Origin: Octopus bimaculoides
Lineage: Eukaryota
Length of the DNA: 64,000 nt
Reading direction: 5' to 3'
Assembly (NCBI RefSeq): GCF_001194135.2
Contig: NC_068990.1
Coordinates: 56,229,154-56,293,153, forward strand
Of this stretch, positions 38,988 to 52,655 are shown piece after piece. The translations under genes were made by a program, and so were the position numbers. The notes beneath the pieces were generated by a model that was given only the letters and a program-made list of their open reading frames with translations, ran no database searches and was not told the origin of the DNA. The stretch's first letter is position 1, and each line of letters begins with the position of its first letter.

Positions 38988-39105
38988 TGACAAGGTGTTT
39001 TGGTTGGCGCGGGTATATAGTAAAAAACACTTGCCCAAGGTCCTATGTGCTAGGGAACTATGTGCTAGGGAAGCAAACTTTTAACCACAAAGCCATGCTT
39101 ACGCC
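38775..39105 (-). mobile_element. SINE family C with expanded internal (CA)n and (TA)n
   Basis: Family C flanks on both sides of the repeats at 38866-38985. Confidence 0.75.
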
Positions 39106-39709
39106 TAATACTTACATCGTGCGAATTTTTTTTCTCACGAGAGTTCCGGACTCCAGTAATGAACTCATTTGCATACAGCTAATCAGAACTCAAGAAATTG
39201 AATTTGTTGTCAAGTTAACAAACACACTCTACCAAGTAAACTCAAGACGAAGAACGGTGTTGTAAATCGACCGATCGCCAGGTTGTGCCTGATTTGCATC
39301 TATATCTGTTAAAGATGTGGATGGGAAAAATGTGGGTAGAGGACGATGTGCTAGTAACCCTCTCCCCTTACTATTTTAAAAAGTAAACAACGCAAATAAC
39401 AACTGTTTTAAAAAGTAAACAACAACAAATAACAAATAACAACGCAGAGGCAGCCATGATTGAAATGAGATCAAGGAGCATTATTAAAAAAGAAAAGAAG
39501 CATGGTCATTCCTTACCCAAGTGACCTTATCTTATCGCCCATCACTTGTTATGCGCTCATGAATTAATTTGCTAGTTGAACTCTGATTGGCTGTATGCAA
39601 ATGAGTTCATAACTGGGGTCAGGAGCTCTCATGGGGGAAAAAAAAAAAAAATTTCGCGCCCGGCGTGCTAACAATTCTGCCAACTCGTTGCCGTTACTAG
39701 TATAGTTAT

Positions 39710-39910
39710 ATCCTTTCTACTATAGGCAAAAGGCTTGAAATTCGAGAGGAGTGGTGCTATCCGATTACATCGATCCCAGCGCTTAGATGGTACTTATTTC
39801 ATCGACCCCGAAAGGCAAAGTTGACCTTAGCAGCATTGGAATTCCGAACGTGCAGACAGACGAAATGTCGATAAGCATTTCGGCCGGCGTGTTAACGACT
39901 CTGCCAACGA
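39710..39910 (-). mobile_element. SINE family A
   Basis: tcctttctactataggc...gactctgccaac. Confidence 0.8.
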
Positions 39911-40863
39911 TGCTATCAACATCGAGAAAGGTATAAATGATTATTGTTGTTAGCTTAAAAGTTGATACGGACACAATATAGAAGCTATCAATAAACTATT
40001 TACTGTGCAGTATTTAGTAATGTACCTCTATACCGTGATTTCAAAACTCGACGGAGTCAACTATACTTTTTCATACTTTGAGAGTCCATAAAATATATAT
40101 ACCTGTATTAAAATGCTATCGAGTAAATAACAATACTCACTCAATGAAAAAATTTCTAAACTTCTGCTAATTTAAGCATTTCTTGGCATTATGAAGTAAT
40201 CCAATATTGTGCACTTGGATTTGTTTTTATCACGTTTACATCAGGTTTTAAAGAGATGTAAGGATCGTCGGGTAAAGCGGTTTTCTTCTCTTGGAATACG
40301 AAGATGTTGCAAACGAGAATTGTCAACTGTTTATGTTAATCAAATTGTTTATTAATTCCTAACGTTGGCACAAAACCACAAATGTGTGTGAGTGAGGTAA
40401 GAGGTGTTGGTGAATAAAGAACTGTATATAACTGGTACTTAACTTACTAATCCCTGTAGACTTGGGAAGTAATTCTGACTTCAGTAAAATTTAAATTATG
40501 AATCTAAGAGGCGTAATTTAACATCGCAAAGCATTTGTCTAGCTCCCTTTTTATATAACTCCTGAACTATTTAAAATAGTTGTTTGGAAAACATCGTTTC
40601 ACTTGAGTCTTATCGAATAAACTAACATTTCACAATTATCCTGTGATATCTATGTAGACATTGTCCTACGTTTTCTATTAAGTTTCTTTCCTCACCCTCA
40701 CTGTCTCTCTTTCATGAATTGCATGAAAGTAAAATTTTCGAAGTCGTAACTTCTGGCATGTCAAACAATCTTTGATAGCCTCTTAGTGTTACTCCACAAA
40801 TGTAACACTGTCAAAAGTACATCACTAAATAATCAAGAATTCATGTTCAGAGTCGCTTACATC

Positions 40864-40936
<73 letters not shown>

Positions 40937-40999
40937 CTGTACTTCTATTCACTCATTTAATCCCAGTTAAACGCATAATGAAGTACTGATTCTACATTT

Positions 41000-41800
41000 G
41001 AAACTGCTGCAATGCTGTGTTGAAGAGGAATGCACAAACATCCTTGAATGCGCTCAGAAAAAAGGTATCCCAAATAACTGGCATGAAATTACTCCTCAAT
41101 ACATTCCAACTTCTGATACGCAGACGAATTGTATCTGCGCTTTGACTTTTCTACAACTACATGGAATGCCTCAGATCATCGAATCTAACTGGTCTCATGC
41201 CAGTTTCACTGAAGCACCCCAAATGCACTCACTTTTCATCACCTATATTGTGTTTAATTCTCAGGCCTTTGCACTACGTCCAGTCCTTTCTTCCCAGAAC
41301 GTCATCTCTCTGAAATTTTCTCTGCGCTTGGTTTTCCGTTCACCAGTCGACATACAGCTGCTCACGATGAACGTTAACCTAATCTAGTTTGCGACTTTCA
41401 GAAGGCCTGTTAACTTCATAAGCACAACTATTCCTTCTCGACAATGCCTCACCGTGCTGTATCTTTGCCCAAATTCAAAATACGATCATGCAGCACTGAT
41501 AAAAATTTAGGTACCAACTCAGTTCAAACACTACAAAACGCACAAAATATTTCATGTCTCTTTTGTTGTTACTAAAATGTCCTCTGTTTTCCTGAACTAG
41601 GTAACTGCATGACTCTTCCTCCATCAAAATCCATATCTTTCTCTCATTCCATCAAAATTCTGCGTCGAGCTGCTCCAACCCATTTGAATTCTCTTGCAGT
41701 CGTTGGACTTACAAATAGTGAAGTTGAATCAGTATCACCAATCTACGATGAAGTACCTGTTTTGGTAGTAATTATTACACCCGACACCCCAATACATCTA
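41000..41800 (-). pseudogene. Possible heavily decayed RTE-type LINE endonuclease region
   Basis: One minus frame gives DGMRERYGF*WRKSHAVT*...EDILV, loosely like RTE APE motifs (GYGxRN...ESHLITY...IDYILV). Many stops. Confidence 0.28.
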
Positions 41801-42099
41801 ACTTATTAGAAAAATATTTAAACACGTGAGGCTTCCTACTTTATCTAAATCCAATCTCTCTTAGAAGTAATCTTACGTAATTCACTCACGAACAACAAGT
41901 TACGCGTTATTACAATATCGAATATTACACTCGAGCAAGTTAACAATAGTTTCTAAACAGAGTCAATTAATTTGGTGTAGAGACAATAGCCATTGTAGTA
42001 TGCAACATATTTCAGAAACACTGTTTATAATTCTGATAAAGTTGCTTCACATTTCCGGTTACACTCGTAAGAGATGGCGTTGTATTATAATACAGGATG

Positions 42100-43665
42100 G
42101 GAAGACAGCAAGTGGGCAGAATCGTTAGAGCGCCAGACAAAATGCTTAGCAGTATTGCATCCGGCTCTTTCTGTTCTGAGTTTAAATTCCTTTTAGGAGC
42201 AGTGGGGTTAATACAATTGACTAACATCTACCCAACAAAATTTCAGACCTTATGCTTATATTAGTAAGAATTATTATACAAGATGGTAATCTTTTATCTT
42301 TTACTTATTTCAGTCACTAGACTGCGGCCATGCTGTGGCACCACCTTCAATTTTTCTAAAATTTTAGTCGAATAAATCAACCTCAGAACTTATTTTTTAA
42401 GTCTGGTACTTATTCTATCGCTAGGTTACGGGGATGCAAACACGCCAACACTGGTTGTCAGGGTGGGGAGTGGACAAACATAGACAGAAAGACATACAAC
42501 ATAGATATACATACACATATATATATATATTTGACGGGCTTCTTTCAGTTTCCGTCTACCAGATCTACTCATAAGAGTTTGGCCGGGCCGAGGCTATAGT
42601 AGAAAACACTTAAGTAGCCGTCATATACAGTGTTCGATATAATCGACTGTCCCACTTTTCCTAAATTAAAGTTCTTGTATTTTTATAAGAAATCAATATC
42701 ATATCCTTTAATTTTCTGAGTTGAAATCGAACTAGGATCGCCTTCGTCTTCCAATCTTCTGGGTTCGATAAAATAAAGAATCATTCAACTAGTAAAAAAT
42801 CGATTAAATCAACTGCTGCTCCTTCCACATCGTCTGGCCTAGGATTAATATTAGAAATTCTTAACATGCCGGGAAAAATACGTAGCAGCATCTTGACGGT
42901 CTTTACGTTCTGAGTTCAAATTCTGCTAAGGTCAACTTTATCAGTCTTCTTTCGGGGTCGATAAAATAAGTACAGTAGAGCACTGGGGTCGATGCAGTCA
43001 GCTTACCCCTACTCCGAAGTTGCTGGTCTTGTGCCAAAATTTGAAATTCTTAGGGTGATGGGCAGGCAGAAATTTTAGCCCGCCGGGCAAAATGTTTAGC
43101 AGCATTTTGTCCATCTTTACGTTTTGAGTTCAAGGGCCGCCGAGGTCGACTTTACCTTTCATCCTTTAGGGGTCGATAAAATAAGTACCAGCTGAATACT
43201 GGGGTCGATGTAATCGGCCTACGCCTTCCCTAGAAATCCTTATTACTTGGCTTGTAGAGAGTGGCTGACACAAGAGAGTGTTGCGTTAAACAGTTTTAAT
43301 GTTGAGGCAGAGTTTTCTTTGTCTTTAATTTGAAATCCTTCGTTGCCTTCTATCGTTTTCGAATCGACAAGACATGTATAATTTAAGTGCTGAACTCAAT
43401 TTTATCGGCTGCGTAATTATGTACTTAAGTATCAAATGATGTATCACAACAAAAATCAAATATTGGGTTCAAATTTTGGCACCAGGCCAGCAATTTCGGA
43501 GGAAGGGTAAGTCGATTGGATCGACCCCAGTGCTTCACTGGTGCTCATTTTATTGACCCTGAAAGATGAAAGGGAAACTGACCTCGGCGAAACTTGAACT
43601 CAGGAAGTAAAGATGGACGAAATGCTGCTATGCACTAACAACTCTGCACGCCCACCGCCTTATAA
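42100..43665. mobile_element. SINE cluster: family A (about 5 copies) and family C (42295-42612 minus)
   Basis: Family motifs at about 42100, 42700, 42860, 43055 (plus) and 43465 (minus). Confidence 0.75.
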
Positions 43666-43700
43666 AGATAACATATTGAGAGTGAAATAGATGAAACGGT

Positions 43701-43733
<33 letters not shown>

Positions 43734-43796
43734 AAGGATCTAGACTTACCTCAAAATCGATAGTTAATGAAGTGTTAAATCAGAACTAAGTATCTA

Positions 43797-43922
43797 CAGG
43801 GTGCCCATAAAGTCTGGGTACATGGGATTAACACATACTTTAAAAAATTATTATTTCTTGTATTTAATTGTTTATGTTATGATTTTATTTACTTCATGTA
43901 CCCAGACCTTGTGGGCACCCGG
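43797..43922. mobile_element. 126-bp Tc1/mariner-type MITE
   Basis: 28-bp TIRs CAGGGTGCCCATAAAGTCTGGGTACATG and rc CCGGGTGCCCACAAGGTCTGGGTACATG (25/28 match); TA on both flanks. Confidence 0.9.
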
Positions 43923-44114
43923 TAGAAATGGGAATGTTCACAGAAGACAGCGATGCTGGTGAAGATGTCAGAAAATAAGCTGACAACACAAAAAAATCTA
44001 GTAGTCAATCGTATTTTATAATTGTTTCATAGACGTAGGTCAGAAATTCGCTTCACAAACACAGATTCTGGGTTCGGAACTAGAGCACTGCAGCTTTGAC
44101 AAGTGTTTACTAAT

Positions 44115-45040
44115 ATGTTGGTTTCAAATTTTGGCACAAGGCTAGCAATTTTGAAGGAGGGAAGAAGTCAGTTACATCGAGTCCATCACTCAGCTAGGGG
44201 CTTATTTTATGGTCCTCCGAAACGATGAAAGGCTAAGCCGACATCGGCGAAATTTGAACTCTGAATGTAAAGACAGACGAAATGCCGCTGAGCATTTTGT
44301 CCGGTACAGTAACAATTCTGTCAGTCACCACCTTACGAAGTGTTTACTAATATTACCTCTGCATAACTCAGGACTTGTAAGGGAAATTGGTCCATTGGTT
44401 TGTATCATGATGCCAACACTCTTTTGTGCACAAGACCACCGAAATGTAAATATTGACCACTTGCTAAAAACTCAACCGTAAGCAACCTCGCAACCTCTCT
44501 AGAGTGATCGCATCCTTCTCGGTGTATGTACGGGATTTTATCTGATAAAGGTTAATCCATTACTAAGTGTTTAGAAGGAATTTGCTGGGCATATTGTAAA
44601 TTTTATAATCCATGAATTAATTTAATAAAAAATTGTATATGTTTATGTATTCTAAAATATAAGCGAATTTATAACCATTATTTTATTTACTTCAGTCACT
44701 AGACTGCAACCATACTGGGGCAGCGCTTTGAAAAGATTTAGTCGAATCAGCCCAAGTACTTATTTTTTTGAAAGCCAGTTAGAATAACAAACGTCAACAA
44801 ACCAAAACTGATTATCAAGAAGTGGTGGTCGTTGGGGAGGGGGTGCAAGCAGAGACACTTATATGTAGATATATATGACGGGCTTCTTTTAGTTTCCGTC
44901 TACTAAATGCGCACGCATAGGTTTGATCGGCCCCAGGCTATAGTGTAGAAGATGCTTACCCAAGTTGCCAAGCAGTTAGACAGAACCTAGAACCATGTGG
45001 CTGAGAAGCAAACTTCTTTACTACACGGCCATGCCTGCGC
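44115..45040 (-). mobile_element. SINE family A (44115-44335) and family C (44680-45040)
   Basis: Family motifs are recognisable. Confidence 0.75.
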
Positions 45041-45239
45041 GTTTATATAAAACAATATTTAAAATACTGTTATACAGTACGTAATCTTTTTTGTCTTAAT
45101 GGAAGCACATTCTGTGCAGTTTGTTATCATGGATATGTACATGAGATTTACTGGACAGGTTGTGTGAGATAATTTTATTATCTTTAGGAGGTTGTAATTG
45201 ATATGACGGGATGTGGGCGCAGTTCAGTGGGTGTAGATG

Positions 45240-45420
45240 AGTCATATTTGTGTATTCAAATGTTAGTAGATGCTTTTGCAGACCATATCAAATATCCTTA
45301 TTAATGGAGGATAAAGGCACTGAAAACAGGACCTTGCAAGACCGCGAACCTTAGAACTGAAATTCTTGTCGTTAGAAATGACCGGAGTGATGGAGAATTA
45401 GTCTGATAATATGGAGTTCG
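45240..45420 (-). pseudogene. Possible decayed CR1/L2-type reverse transcriptase fragment
   Basis: LRSFLTTR...FAVLQGPVFSAFILH resembles the SFLxxR...GVPQGSVLGPLLF RT motif; no intact YADD. Confidence 0.3.
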
Positions 45421-46334
45421 AAGCTGGATAGAGAATAGGTCAGTGGTGTGAAGAAAGGAGGTGGTTTCGGGTAATGGTGGAACTAACTCAAAGGAATGTC
45501 CAAGCATATAGGGATCGGAGTCAGGCAGGGTTTTGTCTACAGAAGCTGTCAATCCAAGTAAACAGACCAGACATTTGTTCTTGTGACAATTTAGTTGGGA
45601 GAATAAGCTAGACCGCTTTTTTTTTTCTTATTTAGGTCAAATTCAACCGAAAGATTTACTGGTCTCTAAAGTTAATGATGGCAAGTGACCATCAAATTTA
45701 TAAATAAGGTGAGTGTGTCAGTGTTAGAATGTGACTTTCAAAATACATATTGATAGTTGCTGAGAAGAGAGAGAAAACTAAAAAGCGTTATAGAAAACGT
45801 ACAATTATTATCATTTTGCATCAGTTTAGACACGTTAGCAATGAGGGCAATTGCTAGGTAATTGGACAGGTCGGAGAGGTTAATATCACATCTTCACACT
45901 ATTTTACTGAGAAATTTCAACTTGAGGTTAAACATGGCTGTGTCTATTTGTAACAGATATCACCAGATTGCCATATTTATCAGACCATTTGCTGTTAGAG
46001 AATATTGTAATACAAAGATCAGATGTGATTGTAGCCAAAATATAATAAAATATATGAAATATCAGATTTATTAAAATCATCGACCAATATTCTAATGATT
46101 CAAACGAATAAAAGAATGGTTTAAATTTTGTGATGCAATTGTTATATAGATTCTACCTCACTTCCTCTGTCCATCTCTCTCTCTGTCTCTATCTCTCTCA
46201 CGCCGTTTCTTTCTCTCTCAGATTCATGTATAGTTACACTCTGTGGAATTGTGTGTCTTTTTACTCTCTAGGTGAGTTTAACTGAATATGTATATAACTA
46301 AATCCACACACACGCACACATACACACATTTATG

Positions 46335-46337
46335 GTA

Positions 46338-46386
<49 letters not shown>

Positions 46387-46751
46387 TCTATGCATATGCA
46401 CATACATACACATAGATACATAAATATTCTTGTGGAAGGGTCCGAGGATATAGTTCATCACCACTCTATATTGTAACTCCATGGCTGTGTTCCAGTTATA
46501 CTGGTTGTTGCACAGAGTGTAATGCAACACAAGGCATAAATAATGGTCATTACATGAAATGACTTTCTGATGAAAGTAGCATTAATTCTCTAGATCATTC
46601 AATTTTTCTCAATTGATCAATGGACCGATTGAGTAAACCTATCAATAACGAACGTGTAATCACTACTGGAAACAGGTGTAAGTCAAATTTACTGCAATAA
46701 AAAAAAGATATGTAATGATCATTATTTATGCCTTGTCTTACGCACACACAG

Positions 46752-46782
<31 letters not shown>

Positions 46783-46921
46783 CACGCACGCACGCACACA
46801 CATCTGTATGCTGCGATTTACAATAGATATATGTATGTATGTATGTGTATACATATATATATATATATAGACATACATATAATTAAACATATATATACAT
46901 ATAAATGTACATATATATATG

Positions 46922-46978
<57 letters not shown>

Positions 46979-47409
46979 CAGACACTTGCACAAACACACA
47001 CACGCACACACACACATACACACACTCACACGCACACACACGCACACATACATACGTATATGCATATGTGTATTTACATGTGGGTATATTTGTAGATGTT
47101 TGTACTGTTTAGCTATATTCTATATCTTTTACCAGGTGGAGAATAGGCAAGGATGAGTCTCATGCTGATGACGCCTTTGAAGGCAGAAAGATGTGCGCCC
47201 CACTGTTTTCTTATCTCCAGACAATAAGCCTAATCTTTTCTTCAATGCCATGCCAATAACATGTCAATAATTCTTGATTCTTGAGATTATCCCACCTTCT
47301 CCACCCACATCTTATATGTAGCTAGTTAGAATTGCTATTTGGTATCTGTGAGATATCTCTAGTAGCAGAAATAAGTTTAATAAATCAAGAATTTATGTTG
47401 TGTGGTATT

Positions 47410-47508
<99 letters not shown>

Positions 47509-47533
47509 CCTACCTACCTGCCTGCCTACCTAC

Positions 47534-47595
<62 letters not shown>

Positions 47596-47733
47596 NNNNN
47601 NNNNNNNNNNNNNNNNNNNNNNNNNNNNNNNNNNNNNNNNNNNNNNNNNNNNNNNNNNNNNNNNNNNNNNNNNNNNNNNNNNNNNNNNNNNNNNNNNNNN
47701 NNNNNNNNNNNNNNNNNNNNNNNNNNNNNNNNN

Positions 47734-47765
<32 letters not shown>
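46335..47765. repeat. Microsatellite cluster: (TA)n 46335-46383, (CA/TA) 46740-47060, (TATC/TGTC/TACC)n 47411-47595
   Basis: Directly visible. Confidence 0.93.
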
Positions 47766-47767
<2 letters not shown>

Positions 47768-48612
47768 CATATATATATATGAATTTGTGTGTGCGTGCAC
47801 GTGTGGGTGAGTGTATATCGATATTTCGCAAACGCATAGCGATACGCGTAATGTTACGCGTACGCACACACGCACACGCGCGCGCGTACGCACGCACATA
47901 CATGGACAAGACCATCAGATTTTGCAGTCTAAAACAGAAAGATGAAAGATTAAAGACAGGAAGTTCACTACTATAATGCTTTATATAAGATATCTTCTCT
48001 TTTATGTCTGACCTACGGATAAACAATTATAATACTAACATGTAACTTTACATATGTGGGTTACATTTAAAATAATAAACCCATAGGCTCAAACATGTTT
48101 GTGAGACTAAGAATTTCGTATCTCTCCATGTAGTTTCAGTTTCAAACCTAGTGCACATCAGTTTGGACAAGAGTCTTCTGACGTAACCATAGATATCGCT
48201 CATATCAATAATTGTGACTTAGCACTCCAATGATGGGGGATCGTTAAAATAATCACTGGGCACAGTAAGATCGACGAAAATACCTAAGAGGATGGTGCAC
48301 CAATTCTATCTCAGTCCATTACACAAAACCAGTAGAAGAGTATTTACAGGCAGGCTGAGGCAAATGCACGTTTCATTTTAATAACGGCCAATATGTTTAT
48401 AAGAATGGACCACTTAGCCTTTTTTCTTCCAACTGGGTTACCTTATAGAATGTTCTTACGTAAACAAGCCATAGCTACTTCAAAACATAGAGATAGAGAA
48501 TAATATTCAACAAGAAATAAGTGCAATGCTGCTAGACATTGTGAACTTGCATGAAACACTAAAATGTGTTCCATCCTACAAAACAGAATATTGGTGAAGG
48601 AATTGCAGGATA

Positions 48613-48927
48613 GTGAAGGCACATGGCACAATGGTTAGAGCGTCGATCATGAGGTTGTGAGTTCGAATCCCGGACCGGGCTGCGTGTTGTGTTCTTGAGC
48701 AAGACATTTCATTTCACGTTGCTCCAGTTCACTCAGCTGTAGAAATGAGTTGCGACGTCACAGGTGCCTTTGCCTTTCCCTTGGATAACACTGGTGGCGT
48801 GGAGAGGGAAGGCCGGTATGCATTGGCGAACTGCTGGTCTTCCATAAAACAACCTTGCCCGGACTTGTGTCTGGAAGGGTAATTTTCTAGGTGCAATTCC
48901 CTGGTCAGTCATGACCGAAAGGGGTCT
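48613..48927 (+). mobile_element. tRNA-headed SINE family D, near full length
   Basis: gtgaaggcacatggc head, gagttcgaatccc B-box, CORE-like ttcttgagcaagaca...tccagttcactcagctgt, tail ending catgaccgaaaggggtc. Confidence 0.85.
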
Positions 48928-50011
48928 CAGCAATTGCAATATGTTCTATTGCAGTAGTTGAATTAGTTATAGGATGTTCAAAGTAATTTTTAAGTGCCGA
49001 AAGAAATATATACTGAGATTTATTTACCTTTCTATTGAAAAAGAAAGTAGGTTTTGAAATATGAAGTAACTTTTGCGACCTTTTGTTGCCTCAATACACA
49101 TCTATTAATATATGCATCTCTGTGTTATATTTATGCGTTTGTTTATTTGTCTGTTTGTGTGTGCATGTGTGTGAGTTGAGTGTGAGTGTGTGTGAGTTGA
49201 GTGTGAGTGTGTGTGAGTTGAGTGTGAATGTGTGTGAGTACGTGCGTCAAGACTGTCAACTCACATTCGAATAAAATCACTTCTTAGAGGATTGATAATT
49301 ATCTTTGTCGAAAATGACCAACACTCCATATTTTATGCACTACAATGACGGACAATGCAACTTCGGAAGCGACTTGGAGTATCGCAATTGCTCTCACTTA
49401 CATTGCATTTTCCATGCGATGTAACTACCAAAGTGATGGTATTTCTGATGCGTCTGATATCCTGACCATCGTAAGTAATGGTTTACTGTCTGGTTTTGTT
49501 TTGAAGAAGTACGAATCCTGCTCTGTGCGGACTTTCGAGAGGGAAAACCGTGGTTGTGTGCTAAGAACCTTGCTTCCCAACCACATAGACCCCACGTAGT
49601 CTAATGATTGAAACAAGTAGAGGCTAAAAGATAAAATATATTTACAACTGTACAGTAGCCGCACACTTCAGAGGGCTGAATAAAAAGTGAGGTCATTTTG
49701 ATTGCTCGGAAAGGAAACCAAGAAGTGACTGTTACGATGAAAACAGTTATAGAGGATATAGCTAACAATGAACTGATTATACATTTTAGAAATCAGCGTC
49801 CGAATAGCAGTTTGCACAAATAATCGACAAAACTGGAAAACAAGAGCCTCGTTCTACCTGCACTGCTGTATCATAATCGGGGAAAATATAGCAGAATTAA
49901 ACGGAACTATCCTTGAAGCGATAGACTTCACCATTCTGCATCCGAAGCCAATGTAAAATATCCTGCGACAATTGAATGTGATAATGATAGCAAGGAATAA
50001 TAAACAATCCA

Positions 50012-50055
50012 CATACATACATACATACATACATACATACATACATACATACATA
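50012..50055. repeat. (CATA)11 microsatellite
   Basis: Directly visible; abuts the 5' truncation point of the RLE element. Confidence 0.97.
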
Positions 50056-50056
50056 C

Positions 50057-50920
50057 GTATGGAAATATCAACCAAGTAACTGATGCACAAAATGGATAGA
50101 AATGCAGGTAAAGCCGTAAAATGTAACAACCGATGCAGATCTCGTGGAGTTCACACTGAAGATATTACCCACATCATAAGCAGTCTTTCTAAAATGTCAT
50201 CACGGTATTATCCACCAATGAGACATGACGTTGTAGCTAGGACACTCTATGATGAAATCCGTCGGAAGGATGATCCCGAGGACAAAGAAATAAAAGCCCA
50301 CAATATGGTAGAAGCCATAGTCACTCAAAATAAAAAGGAATATTGGTGGAATGTACCAGTGGAGACTGCAATAAAATGTAAGCACAACAGACCTGATATA
50401 ATGATTTGGGATAGAGAAGAGAAACTGTGCCCATTGTGGAAATTAACTGGCAAGTGGATGTTAACATAAAACTGAAGGTCAGGGGAAAAGAGAACACCTA
50501 TGCTGAACTATCGAGAAATCTGCAGTTACTCTATCCAGATTACAAGTCAGGTTTATACCTGTAATTATTGGGGCCCTGGGATATATAAGACTCTGCCTAA
50601 ATACCAATCTTGAGAAATTAGTCTTCTCAAATCCAGAAAGGAGAAAGCTAATTCGAAGACTACAAATTCAATCCATCACTGGAACTATAAAAGATGTGTA
50701 AAACTTTCCAGAAGTTTATCATTTAAATATATATGAACATGTCTAGGTATGCAACTATATGCATGTGAATACATACATGAAACAAACAAATCTGCACATA
50801 CATACATACATACATACCCTGCTGTTTATGTTGAAATTCTAATGAAGGAGCCTTGGAATCTAGGTTAGAAACTGGTACTTTCTCTATTGGCAAGAAATCT
50901 TGAAAGAAACTGAATAATGT
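50057..50920 (+). mobile_element. 5'-truncated non-LTR retrotransposon with restriction-like endonuclease (R2/R4/CRE group), inactive
   Basis: NNRCRSR..EDITHIISS..MSSRYYPPMRHDVVA (eroded CCHC finger), YWWNVPV..KHNRPDIMIWD (PD-(D/E)xK endonuclease), FIPVIIGALG; reading ends at KTFQKFII* (50726), then a 3' UTR. Frameshifted. Confidence 0.88.
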
Positions 50921-51864
50921 CATAAATAAATACATATCCTTTCTTGTTTGGTCTCTCAATTCCTGATGGTATTATAGAGATGCTGTCTCTATAATCGTGT
51001 ATTGGGTATTTTTAAAACATGGCGAACCCATCGTCCTCCAGGTTTGTAAAGAGCCAGTTTCTTCCTGAAAGAGAAGCCTCGACCCCACTACTGGACTGAA
51101 ATTTTATATGTATGTATACCCTGAAAAGAGGAAAGACAAAGACGACTTTGCCGAAATTTGAACGCGGACTGCAGAGAACAACACTAAATTCAATGCACTG
51201 ACGACTCTGCCAACACAACTTGCCTTATACATACCAGCATGCATATCTTTATATACACATGAGTATGTATATTTATGTGTCTGTATGTATGTGTGTGTGT
51301 GTATCTTATATGTGTATATTGACACATGTTTTAAAGCAGGTATCACATAGATATGCAGTGTTCATTGAATAATTTGTCTCGTATAACATTATACGTTTAG
51401 ATACGCATGGTTCTGAAAAAAAAATCCACCTAATTGAAGTTCTTGATCGATTACGGTATGAGCAAGACTTATTCGCATGGAATTTCCTGATTTATGTTCA
51501 ATTTTTCTGACATTGTACACTGCTGCTTTCACTATTCAGCAACAATTAATACTGAACAGAATCGATCACAAAACTTGGGATGGCCTACCAAATATATTAC
51601 TTTCATTTTAGAAGCAATATCAACAGACATCAGGGAAATAGTTAGCTGCTGTTACTACCTGTAACAGTCAGTGAATAGCAGCTGCATATTAATGATAAAT
51701 GACCTAAACAGAAGATTTTCTTGTAAGTATTTGAAAAACTGAATAACAGAAAATCAGTGGATACACTCTTGATAGTTACACATAGTTGGTAAGAAACACT
51801 CAAAAGAGCTAAAAAGCAGATCTTCAGAGAGTATAAAAAATACAAAAACAAAAAAAAAAAATGT

Positions 51865-52075
51865 TGGCCAGTTGGCAGAGTCATTAGGACACCGGACAAA
51901 ATGCTTAGCGGTATTTCGACCGTCTTTACGTTCTGAGTTTAAATTCCACCGAAGTCGAGTTTACTTTTCATCCTTTCAGGATCGATGAAATAAGTACGGG
52001 TTATGCACTAGGGTTAATGTAATCAACTAGTCCCCTCCCCTCAAAACTTCAGGCCTTGTGGTTGTAGTAGAAAGT
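51865..52075 (+). mobile_element. SINE family A
   Basis: gttggcagagtcattagg...gttctgagtttaaattcc...ggccttgtg...gtagtagaaag. Confidence 0.82.
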
Positions 52076-52254
52076 GTTATTTAAATTACAAATAGTTTGC
52101 CGTCCATTTCTGAATGGGGAAGTACATCTCATAAAGTACTTAGATTTTTTAAAAACTTTTATTGATTTAATTAGAGGCTACAACCATGTTGAGGGCATAA
52201 CCTAAAGTGTGATTAGTTTTGTTTTATACTTACTTATTCTGCAGTTTTCTCTCT

Positions 52255-52455
52255 GGCATTGTTTCTGATGAAGTAGCGTGATGAAGTTGCTCTTATTTGT
52301 GTTTCCCGTCGTAATGTAGGTTCATCTGGTACCCCAGATAAAAAATTGTGCAAATATTCTTTGAAAACATCCACATCTAAACCTAGTAAGTCTTTGGAGT
52401 TGTTTGGCTCTGTTGAAAAACTGTGCCATTGAAATCTAAGCTGTACTGGGTCCTT
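52255..52455 (-). pseudogene. LINE ORF2 C-terminal fragment (CR1/L2/Jockey group)
   Basis: DLLGLDVDVFKEYLHNFLSGVPDEPTLRRETQIRA resembles the conserved FKxxLDxFLxxVPDEP terminus of these LINEs. Confidence 0.55.
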
Positions 52456-52542
52456 ATCCCAGATGGAAAAGGTAAAATCTTTGGCACTATGCAGTGCTGT
52501 CCAGTTTGGTGATTGTTATAGCTGGAAGAGCGTATTCAATGC

Positions 52543-52655
52543 TGATGATGATGATGATGATGATGATGAGGTGGAAGAAGAGAAGGAAGAAGAGGAGGAG
52601 AAAAAGAAGAAGAAGAAGAAGAGGAGGAGGAGGAGGAAGATGATGATGATGAAGA
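52543..52655. repeat. (GAT/GAA/GAG)n trinucleotide tract
   Basis: Directly visible. Confidence 0.9.

Noticed and set aside
46427-46560. Cys-rich peptide CSSYTGCCTECNAT
   Set aside because: Short, with no start codon or acceptor, and the Cys spacing matches no family I recognise.
47165-47189. Hammerhead-like CTGATGA-C-GCC...GGC-A-GAAA
   Set aside because: Stem II closes with a C-A mismatch and I could not form helix I or III with an NUH site.
51612-51722. Exon-like segment with good splice sites (ttttag ... gtaagt)
   Set aside because: Stops in all three frames and no supporting neighbours.
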